Assembly (NCBI GenBank): GCA_015231595.1
Contig: JADGBH010000001.1
Span: 1,108 to 65,107 of the forward strand
DNA from: Desulfobacterales bacterium
GTDB taxonomy: Bacteria > Desulfobacterota > Desulfobacteria > Desulfobacterales > JADGBH01
Reading direction: 5' to 3'
DNA: 64,000 nt
Shown here: positions 29,003 to 37,582 of the stretch, piece by piece
Numbering within the stretch: the stretch's first letter is position 1
How the letters are laid out: each line of letters begins with the position of its first letter
Position numbers and translations under genes: made by a program
The notes under the pieces: generated by a model
Seen by the model: only the letters and a program-made list of their open reading frames with translations
Told to the model about the DNA's origin: nothing
The model's database searches: none

Positions 29003-31033
29003 TTATAATTGAAAAGATAATAAATAATGAATATTAACGCTATAAATTATAATATATAGGCCTGAAATAAAATAACAAAATCCAACAAGTATGCTGCAAA
29101 TTATTCGACTGAATAATCGACTCGACTTAGAAGACATCTTATTCCAAATGGATAAATTATTACTACAACATAAAGAAATCCATGAACTGAACCATACCAT
29201 AATTGAAATTCCGAAAATAAGTAGATACATTTCTTTATTGGATGAAAATTGTTCCCGAATCAAGAATCCATAAATATAAAGCACAACCATAACAACCAAA
29301 GCTAAAATTGTAATTAATTTAAGTCTTTTTCTATCTATTTGAAAGGGTTTTAAAAATAATCCCATCAGCGTAAAAAAAATAAAGATACTTAAAGCAACAT
29401 AAAACAATCTATCGCGTAAAATATTTCTATTACATCTTTTAATTTGATTCGTGATAGTTTGATTCAATTCTGACAGTTCTATTAAGGCTTTTTGGTAAGT
29501 TAATAAAGATTTTTGATATTTTCCAGCCTGATAATAAGCATCTCCAATATCAATCATAACTTCTTTTGAATTCTGGTAATCGGGATAATTCTGTCGTAAT
29601 TTTAAATATGAGTTGACCGCTTTTTCCAACGATATTTGACGATATTGATTAGCTAACCAATAAAGCATAACTGGAGCTAATTTGCAATTGGGGTAAGTCT
29701 CAATAATTGTTTCAACCTGTTTTAATAGATTTTCCTGAGCCTTAATATTTTGTATTTGCCTTCCGAATTCGACTTTTTTTATTCGCTCAAACCGGGATAA
29801 AGGCTCAAAATTATATTCATTATATTCCATCAAATAATCTACACGCTGCTTAGCTAAACTTGATAGAGTTCCTTCTGGATATTCTTCAATTAATCTTTTA
29901 TACCAAGACAAAGCTTGTTTAAACTGAAACAGTTTTTCATCGTAAATTGAAGCAATGGCATAATAAGCATCTTCGATTTGAAAATGACCTTTATGGTTTT
30001 CAATAAAATCTTTATACGCTCGAATGCTTTCTTCATAAGCACCCTTGTCCGCCAGTCTCCTGCATTCTTCGCAGGTTCGTTTTTGCTTTAATGGAGGCGA
30101 TTTTAAAAATACTTCTTTACCTTCATTAATGAAAGTAGCTTTTATCCATTCAGTATCTACGTCAACCCTTATTGCTTCCGCAGATTTAATATCAGAAGAA
30201 ATAAAGGCATACTTGATTCCATCCTTATCCGATGTTTCTGAATAACTACTCAAAATTAAAACAAAAACAACGACGTTAGAAGCTTTTTTCAGATTATGCT
30301 CTACTAATATAGCATGTATATCAGGAGGCATAGATTCAAAATTTGTCATAATGCCAATTGTATGAGCGCTGGATTGATTTAAAAAAGCTTTAATTTCGTT
30401 AAAATCTGTAAGGGTTTTGTTTAATATAATTATATCTAACCCTCCCCATTGAATGAGCCATAAAGGCTTTATAATATTGTCTTCTACAGCTTTAAAAAAA
30501 TTAGCATCTGCTCCATTCATATTAAATATTGGTAAAAAAGATCTAATTTCATTGAAAGAATCTAAATTTTTGTCTGAAATTGAATTCGTATAAAATATAA
30601 ATTCTGGAAGTTCAGATACAATTAGTTCTTTTATATCAAAGCCTAAAACATTTCCAGATAGCAAAATAAAAGAAAAAGGAGTAGTAGCGCTTGGCTGAGT
30701 CTGAAATTGAAAATACATATTAGATTTATCAATCCAATATGTGTATCTTGTAGATGGATTGAGACCCGTAAGAATAATTTCATGCTGGTAAGAACCTGCT
30801 ATTGATTCTTCAGATAGCAACGGATTCGTATCATCTTTTACAGGATGATAATAAATTCGTCCTTTATATAAATTATTGCTTTGCCATGCCACTGTAGCTT
30901 CAAAAGGCTTAATATTAACGATTTCTGGATAAATATCAATATTTGAAGTTTTTTTGTATAAACTGACTCCATAAATGCTTAAACCTATAATAAGCAAGAT
31001 TAGAGCAGTGATATAAACTAAAATTCTCTTCAA
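29003..31033 (-). CDS. Membrane protein: N-terminal anchor + PAP-N/FN3-like domain + degenerate phosphoesterase-like region + TPR repeats + C-terminal polytopic domain
   Basis: 676 aa with a TTG start after AAGGGGGG. HEIILTGLNPSTRYTYWI (PAP N-domain pattern). No GD/GDxxD/GNH motifs in the following region. TPR-like helices (GAYEESIRAYKDF, GKYQKSLLTYQKAL). Several C-terminal TM helices. Confidence 0.65.
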   Translation of the reverse strand: MKRILVYITALILLIIGLSIYGVSLYKKTSNIDIYPEIVNIKPFEATVAWQSNNLYKGRIYYHPVKDDTNPLLSEESIAGSYQHEIILTGLNPSTRYTYWIDKSNMYFQFQTQPSATTPFSFILLSGNVLGFDIKELIVSELPEFIFYTNSISDKNLDSFNEIRSFLPIFNMNGADANFFKAVEDNIIKPLWLIQWGGLDIIILNKTLTDFNEIKAFLNQSSAHTIGIMTNFESMPPDIHAILVEHNLKKASNVVVFVLILSSYSETSDKDGIKYAFISSDIKSAEAIRVDVDTEWIKATFINEGKEVFLKSPPLKQKRTCEECRRLADKGAYEESIRAYKDFIENHKGHFQIEDAYYAIASIYDEKLFQFKQALSWYKRLIEEYPEGTLSSLAKQRVDYLMEYNEYNFEPLSRFERIKKVEFGRQIQNIKAQENLLKQVETIIETYPNCKLAPVMLYWLANQYRQISLEKAVNSYLKLRQNYPDYQNSKEVMIDIGDAYYQAGKYQKSLLTYQKALIELSELNQTITNQIKRCNRNILRDRLFYVALSIFIFFTLMGLFLKPFQIDRKRLKLITILALVVMVVLYIYGFLIREQFSSNKEMYLLIFGISIMVWFSSWISLCCSNNLSIWNKMSSKSSRLFSRIICSILVGFCYFISGLYIIIYSVNIHYLLSFQL

Positions 31034-31057
31034 AACGCCCCCCTTACTTTTTATATT

Positions 31058-31089
31058 ATTCTGCTAATTCTATAATTCTGAAAATTCTG
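31058..31089. repeat. Four tandem ATTCT(G/A) units at about 9-bp spacing in the promoter region of the 676-aa gene
   Basis: ATTCTG at 31058, ATTCTA at 31067, ATTCTG at 31075 and ATTCTG at 31084. On the coding (minus) strand these read CAGAAT-N3 repeats, 25-56 nt upstream of the start. Confidence 0.5.
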
Positions 31090-31145
31090 ATTCAGACATT
31101 TTCCGATTTATTTTTTTGAAATACTGTAGATCTAAGTATGTCAGT

Positions 31146-32528
31146 CTAAATTGATTGCTGCAAAATTTTTGGAAGTTTATCATATACTTCTATTGGAGAA
31201 ACAATTGATCTTCGTCTATCGATAACTAAATTTTTCTTCTTAGCGATTTCATCTTCTACATTAACCGGATGTTCGAGTTTATTCAGAGTGACTTCTCTAT
31301 TATCCGTAAAAGGCAAAATTATTGGACCTTTGCTATCAAGAATATAAGCCATTTGCCCATTTGTTAAATGAACAACGCTGCCAGTAGGGTATATACCTAC
31401 TACTTTAACAAAAGAATGCAGTACAAATTGCAGCATACGATCTTTATCTGCATATTTTCGAAATAACTCCGTTACGACGCCTACTGGATTTAAGGCTTCT
31501 TTATAAGAACGCTTAGTTGTCATAGCATCATAAATATCTGCCAGCTTGCATACCTTAACGTAAGGAGGTATCTCAATTGGTATTTTTGTATCTGGATAGC
31601 AATTAGTTTCACCCATGAATAAAGGGCTATGATGGTAGCATATTATGTTTTTTATAACTGTATTATACAATTTATTTTTTTCGAGTATTTGAATACCTTT
31701 TTCAAATGTATGGGTTTTTACCATATCAAATTCTTCGTCAGTCAGCCGGCCTTTTTTATTTAAAATATCATCAGGAATAAGAACTTTACCAACATCGTGA
31801 AGAAAAAATCCAATAGATATATCGTATAACTCTTCAGGAAGATAAAACATAAATGACGTTTCCGGAAGATCGTTTTTCGAAAGTTCTGAAGTTTGAAAAG
31901 AAAAATTAAATACTTGCTTGTTGATAAGTTCACTAAAATGATCGTTAAATTTTTTTAAAACAGCAGTTCCAATAGTGCAAACATCAATAGAATGGTTATA
32001 TAGATAGTCATCATAGGAAAAAATTTCTTTAGTTATATATGAAAATGCAGTCTCACTTTTAGTCATAAAATTAAATACATCAGAAACTGTTTCTTGCAAT
32101 AAGTGTGTATCAAATTCGCCTCCTGTCTCCTTTATACTCGTAATTATTTTTTTTATATTATTCTTTGCATTCTGATATTTAATGCTCGCTTCTTTTTTTA
32201 ATTCATATATTTCTTTAATTCTTCTTCCGATTTCAAGTTTGTTTAAACTATCTTCATATATGTTTGAATTATCTTCTTTTGTTGGAGAGTCAAGTCTAAT
32301 TTCCTTTAACTGTTTATCCCATAATCCACCTTTTTCTTCGACATCAATTGGAATACGTCTAAGTCCATATTTTTTAACGATCAATAATGAGCTTACTTTA
32401 TTGATAATTACATTTTTTTCTAACAAAAGGGCGCCACTTTTATTATAAACATCTATTCCAGTCCTAACGCTTCCTCCATTTGCAACAATTTCAATAAGAT
32501 TATCAATATTTACATAAAGTTTTTCCAT
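31146..32528 (-). CDS. HD-GYP-type c-di-GMP phosphodiesterase (variant GYP)
   Basis: 460 aa. FFLHDVGKVLIPDDILNK...DEEFDMVKTHT...YHHSP...ADIYDAMTTKRSYK. The GYP position reads NCYP. Confidence 0.75.
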   Translation of the reverse strand: MEKLYVNIDNLIEIVANGGSVRTGIDVYNKSGALLLEKNVIINKVSSLLIVKKYGLRRIPIDVEEKGGLWDKQLKEIRLDSPTKEDNSNIYEDSLNKLEIGRRIKEIYELKKEASIKYQNAKNNIKKIITSIKETGGEFDTHLLQETVSDVFNFMTKSETAFSYITKEIFSYDDYLYNHSIDVCTIGTAVLKKFNDHFSELINKQVFNFSFQTSELSKNDLPETSFMFYLPEELYDISIGFFLHDVGKVLIPDDILNKKGRLTDEEFDMVKTHTFEKGIQILEKNKLYNTVIKNIICYHHSPLFMGETNCYPDTKIPIEIPPYVKVCKLADIYDAMTTKRSYKEALNPVGVVTELFRKYADKDRMLQFVLHSFVKVVGIYPTGSVVHLTNGQMAYILDSKGPIILPFTDNREVTLNKLEHPVNVEDEIAKKKNLVIDRRRSIVSPIEVYDKLPKILQQSI

Positions 32529-32672
32529 AAATATAAAGCTCCTATATTATATTACATACAGAGATCGACTTTAAATATTTCCATTATTTTATTTCAAAAA
32601 AAATTGCAACATTTGAATCCTTTTGAAATTTTCGCAAATTACTTACATGGTTATAGATCCTTAACGTTAGAC

Positions 32673-32701
32673 TTGACATATCAAATAAGCCATAATATAG
32701 A
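32673..32701 (+). promoter_or_regulatory. Sigma70-like promoter candidate for ndk operon
   Basis: TTGACA (32673-32678), 17-nt spacer, TATAGA (32696-32701). About 90 nt upstream of ndk. Confidence 0.35.
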
Positions 32702-32791
32702 GCAATGTTTCAGGTGTTTTTCTTGCCCTGATATTGAAAAATTGATTCTACCTATAAAAATATAAAAAATTTAAGAAAGGAATTTAAAACT

Positions 32792-33214
32792 ATGGAAAGA
32801 ACTTTATCTTTAATTAAACCTGACGGAGTTAGAAAAAACATTATCGGAGAAGTAATAAAGAGATTTGAAAGTAAAGGCATAAAAATTGCCGCAATGAAAA
32901 TGCTGCATCTTACAAAGGCTCAAACTGAAGGCTTTTATGCTGTTCATAAAGAAAGACCTTTTTTTGCAAGCCTTACTGATTTTATGACATCAGGACCAAT
33001 TGTAGCTATGATTTTAGAAGGAGACGACGTTATTAAAAAAAATAGGGAAATCATGGGAGCTACAAACTATAAAGAAGCTGCCGAAGGAACAATAAGAAAA
33101 GATTTTGCAACAGATATTGAAAAAAATGTTGTTCATGGATCAGATTCACCTCAAACCGCTGCATTTGAAATATCCTATTTTTTTAATTCTTTTGAAATCG
33201 TAAAAAATATCTAA
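32792..33214 (+). CDS. ndk: Nucleoside diphosphate kinase
   Basis: 140 aa. [14 protein letters not shown]-terminus and NVVHGSDS active-site His motif. Confidence 0.95.
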   Translation: MERTLSLIKPDGVRKNIIGEVIKRFESKGIKIAAMKMLHLTKAQTEGFYAVHKERPFFASLTDFMTSGPIVAMILEGDDVIKKNREIMGATNYKEAAEGTIRKDFATDIEKNVVHGSDSPQTAAFEISYFFNSFEIVKNI

Positions 33215-33216
33215 AA

Positions 33217-33978
33217 ATGTCAGTCCTTGAAAATATATCAATCGTTTTAACAAGACCTAAATATTCTGAAAATATAGGTGCTGCAGCAAGAGCCATGAAA
33301 AACATGGGGTTTAGCAAACTTATTGTTGTGTCTCCCCAGAATTATGATTTTGATAATGCAAACAAAGTGGCAACTCATGAATCGGTTGATATATTGAACA
33401 AGGCTGAATTTACTGACAGTTTAAAAGAGGCTCTATTAAATTTTAACTATATAATCGGAACGACTGCAAGGTTAGGCAAAAACAGGCAAGGTGTTTATAA
33501 TCCTTCTGAAATGGCTGAAAAGCTGAGATCAATCTCTAAAAAAAACCTTGCGGCTATTGTTTTTGGGCCCGAAGATAAAGGGCTCCAAAACGATGATTTA
33601 CAATTATGCGATGCTATTATTAACATCCCTACATCATCACACCTTTCATCTATAAACCTTGCTCAATCTGTTATGATTATTTGCTATGAACTTTTTAAAA
33701 CAAGTCAAGAAACTATCGAAAAACCAATACCTCAACTCGCAAGAAGATATGAGCTTGAAGGAATGTATTCTCAATTAAAAGAGATTCTTATTAAAATTAA
33801 TTATATCCGACCAGACAACCCTGATTACTGGCTAAATAATTTTCGGCATTTTTTTAATAGATTTTGTTTATATTCAAGGGAAGTTTATATAATTCGGGGG
33901 CTTTGTCGGCAAATAGAATGGTATGGAAATAAACGATATAATGACGCATTAAAAGAAAGAAATGAGGCTGAAAAATGA
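33217..33978 (+). CDS. trmJ: SpoU/TrmH-class RNA 2'-O-methyltransferase (TrmJ-like)
   Basis: 253 aa. ISIVLTRPKYSENIGAAARAMKNMGFSKLIVVSP and IVFGPEDKGL...INLAQSV patterns of group-1 TrmH-family enzymes. Confidence 0.65.
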   Translation: MSVLENISIVLTRPKYSENIGAAARAMKNMGFSKLIVVSPQNYDFDNANKVATHESVDILNKAEFTDSLKEALLNFNYIIGTTARLGKNRQGVYNPSEMAEKLRSISKKNLAAIVFGPEDKGLQNDDLQLCDAIINIPTSSHLSSINLAQSVMIICYELFKTSQETIEKPIPQLARRYELEGMYSQLKEILIKINYIRPDNPDYWLNNFRHFFNRFCLYSREVYIIRGLCRQIEWYGNKRYNDALKERNEAEK

Positions 33979-34820
33979 GATTAATTAGATTCTTTAATAA
34001 TAATGGAGAAATTAGACCTGGAATTTTACAAGGAAATTTAATTATTGATTTAAAAAAAGTTTTTCCTGATATTCCTGATATTTCTGAAACGTTTTTCAAA
34101 GAAGGTTGGATTGAAACTATAGCGTCGGCTACATTGCCGAAAGCTTCAAAATTGGATGTTCATATATCCTATCCTGTATGCTGCCCTTCTAAAATAATTT
34201 GTCTTGGAAAAAATTATATTGAACACGCAAAAGAAGGCGGATTTGATTTACCTAAAAAACCTTTAATTTTTTCCAAAAGTGCTAACACTTTAACAGGTCC
34301 ATTTGATCCAGTTATTATGCCCAAAACAAGCAGTCAAGTAGATTGGGAAGTTGAGCTTGCTGTAATCATCGGTAAACAAGGAAAAGGCATAAGTAAACAA
34401 GATGCTCATAGTTATGTGGCTGGATTTACTGTTATGAATGATGTTTCAGCTCGCGATGTTCAATTTTCAGAATCCCAATGGTTTAGAGGCAAATCCTTTG
34501 ATACATTCGCTCCATTAGGCCCATCGATAGTTACGCCAGATGAAATAGGAGGTTTAGATAAAGCTCAAAATTTAAGACTCACTGCAAAAGTAAATGGAAA
34601 AATAATGCAGGATGGAAATACAAAGGATATGATTTTTGATATCCCAAGCATAATAGAAGATATAAGCCAAGATATGACTTTGATGCCAGGAGATATTATA
34701 TCCACAGGAACTCCCGCTGGAGTAGGAATATTTAGAAATCCTCCTATTTTGTTAAAAAGTGGAGATATAGTCGAATGCGAAGTTGAAAAAATTGGAATTA
34801 TACGAAATGTTTTTAAATAA
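33975..34820 (+). CDS. Fumarylacetoacetate hydrolase (FAH) family protein
   Basis: 281 aa. KIICLGKNY..., WEVELAVIIGK and GDIISTGTPAGVG motifs. Confidence 0.8.
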   Translation: MRLIRFFNNNGEIRPGILQGNLIIDLKKVFPDIPDISETFFKEGWIETIASATLPKASKLDVHISYPVCCPSKIICLGKNYIEHAKEGGFDLPKKPLIFSKSANTLTGPFDPVIMPKTSSQVDWEVELAVIIGKQGKGISKQDAHSYVAGFTVMNDVSARDVQFSESQWFRGKSFDTFAPLGPSIVTPDEIGGLDKAQNLRLTAKVNGKIMQDGNTKDMIFDIPSIIEDISQDMTLMPGDIISTGTPAGVGIFRNPPILLKSGDIVECEVEKIGIIRNVFK

Positions 34821-34881
34821 ACACTCATTCATTTTTTTGAAACAGATCTAAAGGGTGTGTCCCATCTTTTACACAAAGATC

Positions 34882-34957
34882 TGTAGGGGCGACCGGCTGG
34901 TCGCCCAAATGCTATGTTCAGCAATTTCCAAAGGGCGACCAGCCGGTCGCCCCTACA
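34882..34957. repeat. GC-rich nested palindromic element (REP/MITE-like); probable bidirectional terminator
   Basis: Perfect 25-nt inverted arms TGTAGGGGCGACCGGCTGGTCGCCC (34882-34906) and GGGCGACCAGCCGGTCGCCCCTACA (34933-34957), separated by 26 nt. Each arm is itself a hairpin (GGCGACC-GGCT-GGTCGCC). Lies between the convergent FAH gene and dsrP. Confidence 0.9.
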
Positions 34958-35219
34958 ATATCTAAATTTTAGAACTTAACAGCCATGCCTTTTTTAAAAG
35001 GGGGGAATGTTTAGGCTTAATAAATCTATGCTCAACAAAAAACTTGATAATCGAGTTATAGGTTCTTGAAATTATAACTTATCTACCTAAGAGCAGGATG
35101 TGTGAAGCTTAACAGATCGGGAATAACTTCTGTAGAACTATCGAAGATATCCTAAAATCATATTTTAGTAGGACAGATAAAAAAATAACCTGACCTACTA
35201 AATATATAGATTTATTTTA

Positions 35220-36383
35220 TTATGATACAAGTTCTTCTTTTACGCTTACAGCTATTTTAAACAGAACTGTAAGAATAATAAAACCTAACGCATATACCCC
35301 AAAAGTAATCATTATTTCTTTTAGAGTAGGAACGTATTCATTAAAATGATGAAGCGGAGATGGAACAAAACCACCGGATACAAGACCTAATCCCTTATCA
35401 ATCCACATCGCCACAAATACCATTACACAAGTAAATGGTAGAATTTTTTCATTTTTACGTGTAGCTGGATTAATAAGCAAAAATATAGACAATAATGCTA
35501 AAGCAGCAGACGTCCACATCCATGGAACTAAAACTCCATGCCCATCATGACCGGCATAAAGATATTTAAAATGTTCCATATGTTCAGGAATGCCACTATA
35601 AAAGACTACAAAAACTTCACAAAGAAGAAAGAATACATTTATAATAAGTCCATAAGTAACGATTTTAGCTAATGTTTGAATCTGAACTGTTCCTGGATCA
35701 AACTTAGTTAATTTACGAACAATAAAGCATAAAACAATTAAAAAAGCTGGACCTGAAGCAAAGGCAGATGCAAGAAATCGAGGAGCAAGAATTGCTGTTA
35801 GCCAAAAGCCTCTACCAGGTAAACCGCAGTATAAAAATGCGGTTACTGTGTGAATACTGACAGCCCAAGGAATTGAAAGGTATATCAATGGTTTTACCCA
35901 TTTTGGAGGAGCTATTGAACTTCTTTCAGCTTCAAGAATTTTCCATCCAATAACTATATTCAATAATAGATAACCATTCAATACGATAGTATCCCAAAAT
36001 AAAACTGATCCAGGAGTAGGATGCAGCCATACATTTAAAATTCTTTGAGGTTGACCAAGATCAACTATTATGAAAAAAAGACACATGGATACAGATGCAA
36101 CCGCTAAAAATTCGCCTAATATTGTTATTCTTCCAAATGCTTTGTAATCATGCAAATAGTATGGAAGAACGAGCATTACCGCTGATGCAGCAACTCCTAC
36201 AAGAAAAGTAAACTGGGCAATATAAAATCCCCAAGTAACATCTCTGTTCATCCCGGTTATACCTAAACCAAAACTCAACTGGTTTAAATACACCAAAAAG
36301 CCTAAGCAAAAAACAGCAGCTAAACCTGCCAGCCATAACCAATAATTTCTACTTCCTTTTATCGCAGTTTCAAGCATAACCAC
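35220..36383 (-). CDS. dsrP: DsrP, NrfD/PsrC-like integral membrane subunit of the DsrMKJOP complex
   Basis: 387 aa polytopic membrane protein. Last gene of an M-K-J-O-P ordered set. Confidence 0.85.
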   Translation of the reverse strand: MVMLETAIKGSRNYWLWLAGLAAVFCLGFLVYLNQLSFGLGITGMNRDVTWGFYIAQFTFLVGVAASAVMLVLPYYLHDYKAFGRITILGEFLAVASVSMCLFFIIVDLGQPQRILNVWLHPTPGSVLFWDTIVLNGYLLLNIVIGWKILEAERSSIAPPKWVKPLIYLSIPWAVSIHTVTAFLYCGLPGRGFWLTAILAPRFLASAFASGPAFLIVLCFIVRKLTKFDPGTVQIQTLAKIVTYGLIINVFFLLCEVFVVFYSGIPEHMEHFKYLYAGHDGHGVLVPWMWTSAALALLSIFLLINPATRKNEKILPFTCVMVFVAMWIDKGLGLVSGGFVPSPLHHFNEYVPTLKEIMITFGVYALGFIILTVLFKIAVSVKEELVS

Positions 36384-36389
36384 CTCTCA

Positions 36390-37178
36390 TCATACAATGT
36401 AATAAACTGATGGCCCTGTACCGAGAGCCGGTTTACGTCTAATGGTATAGTTTTCCTTTAATACTTGCCTTATTTCTGATTCTGGATCATTCAAATCTCC
36501 AAAAACAATTGCACCGTTTGCCGCTTCAACGCAGGCGGGTATTTTTCCAACAGCAAGCCTTTCTGCGCAAAAATTACATTTTTCCACAACACCTTTCATC
36601 CTTGTAGGAAATAAAGGATTAGTTTCCTCAATAAAAGGTCTTGGATTTTCAAAATTAAAACTTCTTGAGCCATAAGGACAGGCTGCCATACAAAAACGAC
36701 AACCAATGCATCTATGGAAATCCATTAATACAATTCCATCATCCCTTTTAAAAGTCGCCTTTGTAGGACAAGCTCGAACACAGGGAGGATTATTACAATG
36801 ATTACAAAAAACAAGAAATTTCAAATTTTCAACTCGTTCATTTAAAAAATCATGATTTACAGTCGGAAAAGCGTGCTTAAATTCTTCTTCCCATATCCAT
36901 TTTACTTCATGTTTTTTATTATCAATATTAGGAACATTATGAGCTTTATGGCAGGCTTCAATAATACTTGGAACATTATCTTCAGACAATTCTTTTGTAT
37001 TTATTATCATTCCCCATCTTTTAGCTTGTAGAGTGCTTTCATTCTTTACATAGCTCCCTTCCACAGTATGAGATACTTGGGATTCAGCAAAAGAATTTAA
37101 TACAGGAGCTGCTCCACTAATTCCCAATAAGGAAATTCCAGCTACTTTAAAAAAACTTCTTCTACTACTTTTTTCCAT
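36390..37178 (-). CDS. dsrO: DsrO, periplasmic Fe-S (ferredoxin-like) subunit
   Basis: Tat-type signal SRRSFFK. Cys clusters CNHCNNPPCVRACP, CIGCRFCMAACP, CNFC...C. Confidence 0.85.
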   Translation of the reverse strand: MEKSSRRSFFKVAGISLLGISGAAPVLNSFAESQVSHTVEGSYVKNESTLQAKRWGMIINTKELSEDNVPSIIEACHKAHNVPNIDNKKHEVKWIWEEEFKHAFPTVNHDFLNERVENLKFLVFCNHCNNPPCVRACPTKATFKRDDGIVLMDFHRCIGCRFCMAACPYGSRSFNFENPRPFIEETNPLFPTRMKGVVEKCNFCAERLAVGKIPACVEAANGAIVFGDLNDPESEIRQVLKENYTIRRKPALGTGPSVYYIV

Positions 37179-37582
37179 TATTTGTTCTCCTTCGGCTCAA
37201 TATGGCAATCCCAACAATATGGAGTAACAGAAGCATAGTTATGACATTTATCACAAAAATCTGCCTTGCTTCCGTGACATCCCATACATGATTCTTCACC
37301 ACTTGATAAGCTAATGTTATAATCTTTTCCATTTGTACTTTTATACTGCCGCATTCCTTCTCTTACTACTTTATCTCTCCACGTATTTAAAAGCTGCATA
37401 TGTCCAGTTTTCATAAATTCTTTTGGTTCAACGCATGTTTTTGCATCTTTCGCTGTTTGAGATAAAATAGGTTCTGGCGCAGGAGAAGCTTTAAGCTGAT
37501 TATACCAAAAAGGAAAAGTAAATATCACCGCAAATATTATCAATCCTAAATATATTATTTTTTTATCATTCATCTGCTTCAT
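37178..37582 (-). CDS. dsrJ: DsrJ, membrane-anchored trihaem cytochrome c
   Basis: 134 aa. N-terminal anchor and three haem-binding motifs: CMGCH, CDKCH, CWDCH. Confidence 0.85.
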   Translation of the reverse strand: MKQMNDKKIIYLGLIIFAVIFTFPFWYNQLKASPAPEPILSQTAKDAKTCVEPKEFMKTGHMQLLNTWRDKVVREGMRQYKSTNGKDYNISLSSGEESCMGCHGSKADFCDKCHNYASVTPYCWDCHIEPKENK

